Positions 57,089 to 64,000 of a DNA stretch of 64,000 bases are shown here, one piece after another; the first letter of the stretch is position 1; the number at the start of each line of letters is the position of its first letter. The notes below the pieces were generated by a model. That model made no database searches and was not told the DNA's origin. It worked only from the letters and a program-made list of their open reading frames with translations. Position numbers and translations under genes: made by a program. Source of the stretch: an uncultured Clostridia bacterium (GTDB taxonomy: Bacteria > Bacillota > Clostridia > Christensenellales > CAG-917); NCBI GenBank assembly GCA_963545485.1, contig CAUUJG010000001.1:105446-169445 (forward strand), read 5' to 3'.

Positions 57089-57149
57089 ATGAAGAAAAAA
57101 GAAAATCGCTTTATTATCTAAATTGAATATTCCTATAGCGTGAGAATCG
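57089..57149. repeat. right copy of the direct repeat (solo, frameshifted copy of the transposase 3' end)
   Basis: Aligned by hand to 54486-54545, with an extra A in the A-run. Confidence 0.8.
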
Positions 57150-57224
57150 TTTTTTTACTTCTAAAATACTTTTTACACAACAATTCTTACATTCCCAAAA
57201 ATTTTATGGATTATTATAATAGTT

Positions 57225-57254
57225 GTAAAAAAAGAGACCCTTTGGGGTCTCTTT
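57225..57254 (-). terminator. intrinsic terminator of the lipoprotein gene
   Basis: aaagagaccc-tttg-gggtctcttt. An A7 run on the plus strand gives the U-tract on the minus strand. Confidence 0.8.
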
Positions 57255-57263
57255 CAAATTACT

Positions 57264-59795
57264 CTAGGCGAGGTCCTTTAATTTTGGATATCCAGTATCA
57301 GGACCAGATGGACCGTAGAATTTAGGAATATCCCAAATGTTATTATCACGAGCTAATGGATTATTATTCAGTACTTCACCAGCTTTATTATTCTGGAAGT
57401 AGAGGTTATCATTAGTCTTTTTAGCATTTGAATTAAATAACGCATGACCGTTTATTTTGATATCTTTAAGATTTGCACCTTTTGAATCTTTTGCAAAATA
57501 GTCTTCACCGTTAACTTTAATAATGTTGAATTTATTATCTCCGCTTCCTTCAGAGCAAATGAATGATATATCGCTTGCTAATGAAGTGTCATCTTTGAAA
57601 TCTTCATACCAGTCAAGTCCGAGTTCAAGTCGAGACATATCATAGTCTGTACCTTTTTTAGATTCAATCTCTGTTTTTAAATCAATTAAGAATTTGCGGT
57701 ATCTAGCACGACCATATTTTAGCATATTGTCATTGTCATTTATGAGATCACGGTTTGCAGCAAAATATGAGAAACGAAGTCTTGTCGCATCTTCGGAAAG
57801 CTTAATGTTTATATTTCCATGTAAGTATACAGAAGATACAGTTGCGTCTTTATCAGTAAATTTTTGATATGTTGAATAGGCAACAGCACCAAAGTAAATG
57901 TCATTTTTAGAATTAATATTTGTTACTGTCAACTTTAAATCAATGCCAATAATATTGTTACGATTTTCACCTATAAAACCGCCTATTTTTAGTCCATCTG
58001 AATTATCAACTCTTATAGTAGTATCTGAGGACACAGTTTTGATTTCTCCGGAATTAATACCGACACCTCCACCGATGTAAGTTTTATCAGATCCTAAATT
58101 GGCAGTAGGGCTGTTAACAACCAATTCGAATTTATTTTTTACTTTTTCAATTTGTCCTTCATTTTCACCAGCAATACCACCAATTATACTTTCATTTACA
58201 TTATCAAGGTTTTTAATTTTAATTTCTGTAGAATCACCAGTAATTGCAGAACCATAATTTCGAGCAACAATGCCACCAAATACAATTGATTTAGCACTTA
58301 ATCCTACATTTGCAATGACAGAACAATCGCTTATTGTAGGTGTAGTAGTTGAATTCTTCGATGATATATATGCGATACCGCCAAATGCAACAGAAGTATC
58401 ACTTATTAAATCTAGGTCATCGAATTTAACAGTACAGTTGATTATTTTTCCGTTATTTACATATGCAATTCCGGACACATAATTGTTATCAGTGTTAGTT
58501 GTATTGAATTTTGGGTTTAGAACATTAAGTTTGTTTATTTCACCTTCGTTATATCCAAACAAGCTATATGCTTTAGAATTATCATCTCCATCAAATCCTT
58601 TTAATTTGGCACTTGCACCAAATTCAATTGTTTTATTATTTCCATCAAATCTGCCCTTAAATGGAAAACTTGCATCTGAGAATAAAGCTTCTATTTCTCC
58701 AGTGAATGTTATATCGTTAGTTAATTTAATAATTGATTCTTGAAGTTGTTTCTTTTTTGCGTCATCATCTCCATTTTTTACATCTTTAATTTTTTTAACT
58801 AATGCATTATATTCATCCTCAGTTCCTATTTTTTCAACGCTAGAATATTTCGCATATAAAGTTACATTTTCTTTTAGAGGATCTCCATCAACATTACCAT
58901 CTTTAAAATTGTATGGAATTTCGGTATATTTCTTTTCTTTGTTGCTATCTATATATTCTTTTTCATAGTACCAGTGGTGAACAACCTTATCACCAGGCAG
59001 ATTAAACATTTCATCAGTGCGAGCAATGGCATCATATTCTTTTATTGTTTTTGAAGCAACAATTGTATCTCCTGTTTCTTTGTCTTTAAATTCTACGGTT
59101 ATATCTGCAGCTTCTTTTCTCCATTTTGCGTGCAATTTATTTTCTTTTACATTCAAATATTTCCATTCACCTAGTAGAGAAACGGTGTTCGCAGCTTTTT
59201 TTGCCAAATCGCTCACTTGAATTTCTTTATCGTTTTCATCTTTAATATACCAATACAAAAATTTGTCACAGATGTTTGCAAATTCAGTTTCTTTTCCGGA
59301 CTTTACTTTAGGAACACTGATTTTAGTGTCCTTGTTACCGTAATATATAGTTTGTTCTTTATCAACATCTACAAGATCTTTACCTATACCGGCATCCAAT
59401 TGTAGTTTAAATTGTTGAGATTCAAATTTTGGAGATACTGTCATATTTTCTTTGATTTCATCTCCTTCCTTCAAAATGGTTAAAGTACTTTTACCAGTTA
59501 TTCTCCAACCTTTGAAGTCATATCCGATTTTGCTTTTTTGTGGAAGATAAATAAGGTTACTGTTATTATCTTTATTGACATCTTTATGTTTTTCGTCAAA
59601 AGTAAATTTTGCGCCAGATTTACGTTTGATCTTTAAATCAGATGTTCCATCCTCATATTTGATGGTTATCTCATAAATATTTGTTTCGCTATCTTTCCCA
59701 GGTGTTTTGTTCTTGTTTTTGGTACATCCGGCAAGAGCTACAACTAATAAAGAAACGATTAATAATACGAGTAATTTATATAATTTTTTCGTCAT
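57264..59795 (-). CDS. large surface lipoprotein with Flg_new repeats and a GLUG-motif repeat region
   Basis: Lipobox VVALAGCTKN. Flg_new-like IGYDFKGWRITGKS. At least five GLUG-like turns (SGIAYVNNGKI, FGGIVARNYGSAI, IGGIAGENEGQI, IGGGVGINSGEI, IGGFIGENRNNI). Confidence 0.75.
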   Translation of the reverse strand: MTKKLYKLLVLLIVSLLVVALAGCTKNKNKTPGKDSETNIYEITIKYEDGTSDLKIKRKSGAKFTFDEKHKDVNKDNNSNLIYLPQKSKIGYDFKGWRITGKSTLTILKEGDEIKENMTVSPKFESQQFKLQLDAGIGKDLVDVDKEQTIYYGNKDTKISVPKVKSGKETEFANICDKFLYWYIKDENDKEIQVSDLAKKAANTVSLLGEWKYLNVKENKLHAKWRKEAADITVEFKDKETGDTIVASKTIKEYDAIARTDEMFNLPGDKVVHHWYYEKEYIDSNKEKKYTEIPYNFKDGNVDGDPLKENVTLYAKYSSVEKIGTEDEYNALVKKIKDVKNGDDDAKKKQLQESIIKLTNDITFTGEIEALFSDASFPFKGRFDGNNKTIEFGASAKLKGFDGDDNSKAYSLFGYNEGEINKLNVLNPKFNTTNTDNNYVSGIAYVNNGKIINCTVKFDDLDLISDTSVAFGGIAYISSKNSTTTPTISDCSVIANVGLSAKSIVFGGIVARNYGSAITGDSTEIKIKNLDNVNESIIGGIAGENEGQIEKVKNKFELVVNSPTANLGSDKTYIGGGVGINSGEIKTVSSDTTIRVDNSDGLKIGGFIGENRNNIIGIDLKLTVTNINSKNDIYFGAVAYSTYQKFTDKDATVSSVYLHGNINIKLSEDATRLRFSYFAANRDLINDNDNMLKYGRARYRKFLIDLKTEIESKKGTDYDMSRLELGLDWYEDFKDDTSLASDISFICSEGSGDNKFNIIKVNGEDYFAKDSKGANLKDIKINGHALFNSNAKKTNDNLYFQNNKAGEVLNNNPLARDNNIWDIPKFYGPSGPDTGYPKLKDLA

Positions 59796-59878
59796 TCTAA
59801 ACTCCTATCTGCTAAGCATATAGATATAATATATATAATATATTTATCAATTACCAACTTAATCACCAATAATTTTGA

Positions 59879-61201
59879 TTAAATTTGAATTTTAAATATT
59901 AGGTTCATGATGTAGAGCCCCGCAAGAGCGGCAAAAAGAGTTGGAATTGTTACAATAGTTCCCACCCTAATAAATTCACTAAAAGAAAGCTTAAAATGCT
60001 TATGTCTTATTGTACTACGCCACATCGTTGCATTCATTGCTGAGACTGGAGTAAGAAGTGAGCCGATATTAGACCCTATGATTGTTGCAAAAATTGCAAG
60101 AATCAAGAAAGAGGAATTTAGGTTTTTAAGCATGTTAGTGAAAAGAAGGCTCATCGCAATATTGTTTAACAAGTTAGAAAAAACAACCGACAGAAATCCA
60201 GAAGTAAAAATAGTATTTTTGTTATTAAATATAGTAGAGAAGTCATGGGTGACGCCAGCATTTTCCAATCCTAAAACAATAAGAAACATTGAAAGAAGGA
60301 AAGGAATAAGATGCCACGGCATTCGCCTTAAAGTTTTTCGTATTTTTTTTAAAGATTGTTTTTTTGCTAAAAAACAAATTGTTCCAGATACAAATACAAA
60401 TAAGAATGATGTTAATGAAACAATCCACATTGGAAATTTTGTAAATTGAGAGATAATTAATAAAAAAGTGCATATTGATATTCCGGTTACACCAATTATG
60501 AGAGCTGGAAGATTAAGAATTTTCACATTCATAGGTGAAAATGAAAGTGGTTGTTTTAGTCGTTTTCTAAAAATTAAATATAATATCGATAGTGATGTTG
60601 CAGAAGCAAAAATCGTAGGTATTGTCATCATTCCTAAATAATTTATGAAATTGATTCCAAATGTAGTGGCGATGTAGTTATTTGTTATGTTTCCTATAAG
60701 TGAAAACATGCTCCAGGTATTTGCTGAAACAAATTCTACAAATAGAAAGGGTTTTGGATCAATTTCTGTGTTCTTGGCGAAGTAACATATAAAAGGAGTA
60801 AATGTGAGAATAACAGTAGCGTTGTTTGTAAGAACAGTAAGAAAGGCAACTATAAAATATAAAATGAAAAACATTTGAACTTGAGTTAGCCCATTTTTTC
60901 TAAGTGCCTTCACAGCTATCAATCTAAAAAAACCAGTTTGATCTAAGAATATAGACATACCTGATAGCGAAATAAAGATTATTAGTATGAATAAGGGATT
61001 CATGCTGGAGTTTGTCACTCTACTGTGAAACATATTGAAAGGCACAGCTTTTGTTAAAAAAAGAGTGATCCCGGAAAAAAATGGGACTAGCCAATATAAG
61101 TGCAGTTTAAATTTTTTTATATGTACATTTAAGTTAAATATCATGCAAATTATTGTGCTGATACAAGACACAACAAGAGCAGATATCGCTAAGCACTTCA
61201 T
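59879..61201 (-). CDS. ArsB/NhaD (CitMHS-like) family anion permease
   Basis: About 11 TM segments. LSGMSIFLDQTGFF...TVLTNNATVILTFTP...SANTWSMFSLIGNITN resembles this superfamily. Confidence 0.65.
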   Translation of the reverse strand: MKCLAISALVVSCISTIICMIFNLNVHIKKFKLHLYWLVPFFSGITLFLTKAVPFNMFHSRVTNSSMNPLFILIIFISLSGMSIFLDQTGFFRLIAVKALRKNGLTQVQMFFILYFIVAFLTVLTNNATVILTFTPFICYFAKNTEIDPKPFLFVEFVSANTWSMFSLIGNITNNYIATTFGINFINYLGMMTIPTIFASATSLSILYLIFRKRLKQPLSFSPMNVKILNLPALIIGVTGISICTFLLIISQFTKFPMWIVSLTSFLFVFVSGTICFLAKKQSLKKIRKTLRRMPWHLIPFLLSMFLIVLGLENAGVTHDFSTIFNNKNTIFTSGFLSVVFSNLLNNIAMSLLFTNMLKNLNSSFLILAIFATIIGSNIGSLLTPVSAMNATMWRSTIRHKHFKLSFSEFIRVGTIVTIPTLFAALAGLYIMNLIFKIQI

Positions 61202-61467
61202 GATATTAATTGTATCCTAAAAAACGGGCGAATTCCATATCAAAATTAGTCAAAAACCATATAAATCCATATATAATATTGATAGATTAGTCCGATTAGA
61301 TATGCTAAAAATAAAAAGCTATGAAAAGACATATTGTATTGAGATACTGTATAGCTTATGTTACAAATAGATTCAAAAAATCGAATTTTAAAGCAATTGG
61401 ATATATGAAAAAAGCAGTATTTAATTGCAAAATTGAGTTTGGTATGTTAAACTAAAACCACTTTTAT

Positions 61468-61558
61468 GGAGATTTACCCAAGTGGTCGAAGGGGCTCCCC
61501 TGCTAAGGGAGTAGTACGGTAACACGTAGCTAGGGTTCAAATCCCTAAATCTCCGCCA
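61468..61558 (+). tRNA. tRNA-Ser (GCT)
   Basis: 91 nt. Anticodon loop CTGCTAA, long variable arm, T-loop GGTTCAAATCC, CCA. Confidence 0.9.
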
Positions 61559-61800
61559 CCGCCAAGAAATCGCTAGCCGACAATATCAATATTAGCTCAA
61601 ATATCGCCCTTGTGTGCCTAAGCTTTCGTGATTTTGATGTTAAGATACGTAATATCCACGCTGAGATACTACCCCTAAATGCGAGAAAAAGATTGTGTGG
61701 GGAAAATAAAATATGGACATCGGTTAGTTTTTAATTTTGGATTTTTAACTATCTATTTTTACTTTCACACACAAATACTTACACAATCCGGCAGTCGTTC

Positions 61801-62475
61801 TTATTTAAACTCTCTCTCGTATAACTTCAAATAATTTGCTGTGAATTCTCTGTACCAATCTTCGGCAAAAAAATTTCCTTTATATAATTGTAAAGTTTTA
61901 TAAATGGCTTCAATAAAGTCTTTGGAGTCATTAAAAATAGAGGGCTTATAGTTTTTAAAAGCAGAGTTTGGTCGTATATTGTATATCATGCCTCTTTTTA
62001 CTTGGGTTTTTAATGGATACATGGCTGAACTTCCGGAAATTTCCCATATTTTTTTAAGCCAAATATCTTCAATTGTAATCTTACCGCTGTTGTCCATTTC
62101 ATAACCAAAAATAATATAATCAGCAAACAACCTATAAGGTTTTGTTTTTAAGGAATCACAATATGACTCAAAATTAGCGATGTCAAAGGCTGGACTTTTA
62201 CAATAATGAAATGCTTTAACTTCGAGTAGATTTTCTTCATTACTTTTAGAAAGGTAAAAATCAGGGAACTCTTGAGTGTTCAATGGTTCTCTAAAATATA
62301 TATTTTCTTTTATAAAATATTGTTTTAGCCAAGATTGCAATGTAACACCAACCGTATCAGTTGTGTTTAATATTACCCCTATATCAGCAAGATTAAATGT
62401 AATATAGCCATTTGTACTTTTCCAATCTATGTTATTTAATTTATTAAAAATTTTGTTAGCACTTAATATATTCAT
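61801..62475 (-). CDS. putative type II restriction endonuclease (PD-ExK)
   Basis: FPDFYL...LLEVKAF fits PD-(x)n-ExK. Divergent from a cytosine-5 methyltransferase gene 152 bp away. Confidence 0.55.
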   Translation of the reverse strand: MNILSANKIFNKLNNIDWKSTNGYITFNLADIGVILNTTDTVGVTLQSWLKQYFIKENIYFREPLNTQEFPDFYLSKSNEENLLEVKAFHYCKSPAFDIANFESYCDSLKTKPYRLFADYIIFGYEMDNSGKITIEDIWLKKIWEISGSSAMYPLKTQVKRGMIYNIRPNSAFKNYKPSIFNDSKDFIEAIYKTLQLYKGNFFAEDWYREFTANYLKLYEREFK

Positions 62476-62503
62476 AATTAAGCCCCTTTTCAGTCATTAA
62501 ATG

Positions 62504-62518
62504 ATGTTATTATAACAT
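62504..62518. promoter_or_regulatory. perfect 7-1-7 palindrome ATGTTATtATAACAT in the R/M divergent promoter region
   Basis: Checked by hand. The half-site ATGTTAT recurs at 62596-62602. Confidence 0.45.
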
Positions 62519-62627
62519 ATCTTGCAAGCTTTTCTATAAAAAAGCGTTCGGTCTTGGTATATTTGAATTTATAGCATTGTTTTTTCAAGTTATATATGTT
62601 ATATTTCTGAAGAAAGGAGATATAAAA

Positions 62628-64000
62628 ATGATTGGAGGAAGAAGAATTAATTCAGGGAGAAAATCTTTGCCTTCTCATAAAAAAAGACAAGCAACAACAA
62701 TATATTTAACAGAAGAAGAACAGAAGGTTATAGATAGGCTTATTCCTATGGGATCATTTTCAAATAAGTGTTCAACCCTACTAAAATTTAGTGTACGGGA
62801 GTATTCCAAAAAATTAAATACGAGCGTTACATTTATTGACTTGTTTGCAGGAATGGGCGGTATCCGAATAGGTTTTGAAAATGCTCTAAATCAAATGGGT
62901 ATAAAAACAGAATGTGTTTTTACTTCTGAAATAAAAAAACACGCAATAGAAGTATATCAAAATAATTTTCCCAAGGAACATATTTATGGAGATATCACTA
63001 AAATTGATGTTGATGATATGCCGAATTTTGATTTTTTGTTAGCAGGATTTCCGTGCCAACCATTTTCATCGGCTGGCAATAGATTAGGTTTTAAAGATAC
63101 TAGAGGGACATTGTTTTTCGAGATAGAAAGGATACTAAGAAGTAAAAGTCCCTATGGTTTTTTGCTAGAAAATGTTGAAGGATTGATTAACCATGACAAT
63201 GGAACAACATTGAATACTATGTTGCATATATTGAGGGGAATAGGGTATAAGGTTAGCTATAAATTGATTGACTCTATAGATTTTGGGTTGCCACAAAGTA
63301 GAAAGAGAGTGTATATAGTCGGCACAAAAGATATTGAGATTAATCTAGATAATTTCGAAGTGAAACACAAGAATTTTAATGAAATACAAGAACACGGTAA
63401 AGAAGTTGTAAAAAGTGATTTTACTAAAAAATTGCTGTCGCATTATTCGTCAGATGAATTATATGGGAAATCAATCAAAGACAAAAGAGGCGGATCCGAC
63501 AATATTCATTCTTGGGACATAGAAATAAAAGGAGAAGTAACAAATGAGCAAAAGAATTTGTTGAGCTTACTATTAAGAGAAAGAAGAAAAAAAATGTGGG
63601 CTGAAGAAATTGGAATTAAATGGATGGATGGAATGCCTTTAACTCTTTCTCAGATTAGAACCTTTTATAATCACAAAGCTCTTGAAGAAATGTTAGACGA
63701 TTTAGTTAGTAAAAAATATTTAGTATTAGAGCATCCTAAAAAGATAGTTAATAACAAAAGAGAATATGATCTTACAAAGCCAAAAGGATACAATATCGTA
63801 ACAGGAAAACTATCTTTTGAGTTTTCTAAAATATTAGATCCAAGAAGTTATGCTCCAACCCTTGTTGCTACAGATGTTGAAAAATTAGGAGTTATAGATC
63901 AGGGTGGAATAAGAAGATTAACATTGAGAGAGGGGTTAAGACTATTTGGATTTCCAGAAACATACAATATAGAATTTCTTAAATATAGAAACGGAATGGA
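62628..64000 (+). CDS. DNA (cytosine-5)-methyltransferase with a roughly 66-aa RHH-like N-terminal extension (partial, runs off the window)
   Basis: Translated by hand (absent from the ORF track because it has no stop in the window). AGGAG RBS. Motifs FIDLFAGMGGIRIG, AGFPCQPFSSAG, ENVEGL, QSRKRVYIVG, RRLTLREGLRLFGFPE. Confidence 0.9.
   Translation, partial: MIGGRRINSGRKSLPSHKKRQATTIYLTEEEQKVIDRLIPMGSFSNKCSTLLKFSVREYSKKLNTSVTFIDLFAGMGGIRIGFENALNQMGIKTECVFTSEIKKHAIEVYQNNFPKEHIYGDITKIDVDDMPNFDFLLAGFPCQPFSSAGNRLGFKDTRGTLFFEIERILRSKSPYGFLLENVEGLINHDNGTTLNTMLHILRGIGYKVSYKLIDSIDFGLPQSRKRVYIVGTKDIEINLDNFEVKHKNFNEIQEHGKEVVKSDFTKKLLSHYSSDELYGKSIKDKRGGSDNIHSWDIEIKGEVTNEQKNLLSLLLRERRKKMWAEEIGIKWMDGMPLTLSQIRTFYNHKALEEMLDDLVSKKYLVLEHPKKIVNNKREYDLTKPKGYNIVTGKLSFEFSKILDPRSYAPTLVATDVEKLGVIDQGGIRRLTLREGLRLFGFPETYNIEFLKYRNGM

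Noticed and set aside
61559-61600. Weak resemblance of agaaatcgct downstream of tRNA-Ser to the IS-end repeat (agaaaatcgct)
   Set aside because: Only about 10 nt match and the similarity does not extend further, which is consistent with chance.

Overview
AT-rich (about 30% GC by eye), standard-code (TGA is a stop) chromosomal segment from a low-GC Bacillota-type organism. Markers are SpoVG, DegV, the mini-RNase III/RlmB pair, AdhE and a BMP-type nucleoside ABC transporter; the exact lineage cannot be fixed from sequence alone. About three quarters is housekeeping: P-type ATPase and HU, xpt plus a 4-gene BMP/ABC transporter, ppa, degV, serC-serA, a HAD/symporter/FGGY-kinase operon, spoVG, queH, mrnC-rlmB, gap, an aminotransferase, ApgM-type mutase, nhaC, uracil permease and upp, adhE, leuS-serS, and six tRNAs (Arg; fMet-Met-Glu-Val; Ser). 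There are three accessory patches. (i) 1-5.7 kb is a degraded mobile or prophage patch: a giant lipoprotein gene split by a frameshift, an orphan terminase-large-subunit tail, and an HTH-Fic gene preceded by six iterated boxes. (ii) Two divergent COG1373-type AAA ATPase (DUF4143-like) genes at 20.5 and 31.9 kb are each bracketed by short direct repeats; the second pair is a perfect 25-mer. (iii) 54.1-64 kb, downstream of serS, is a variable island. It holds an IS4-family transposase relic, a C-M-R type II cytosine-5 R-M cassette bracketed by two copies of the relic's 3' end, a GLUG/Flg_new surface lipoprotein, an ArsB/NhaD-type permease, tRNA-Ser, and a second R-M pair whose methyltransferase carries an RHH-like N-terminal extension. 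No rRNA, CRISPR array, intact transposase, integrase or reverse transcriptase was seen. I cannot point to an unambiguous new multi-gene system. The best leads are the repeat-bracketed ATPase cassettes, the iteron-like array in front of the variant Fic gene, the uncharacterised coupled pair at 27.0-30.3 kb, and the two R-M islands. All functional calls rest on motif recognition by eye, with no database search.
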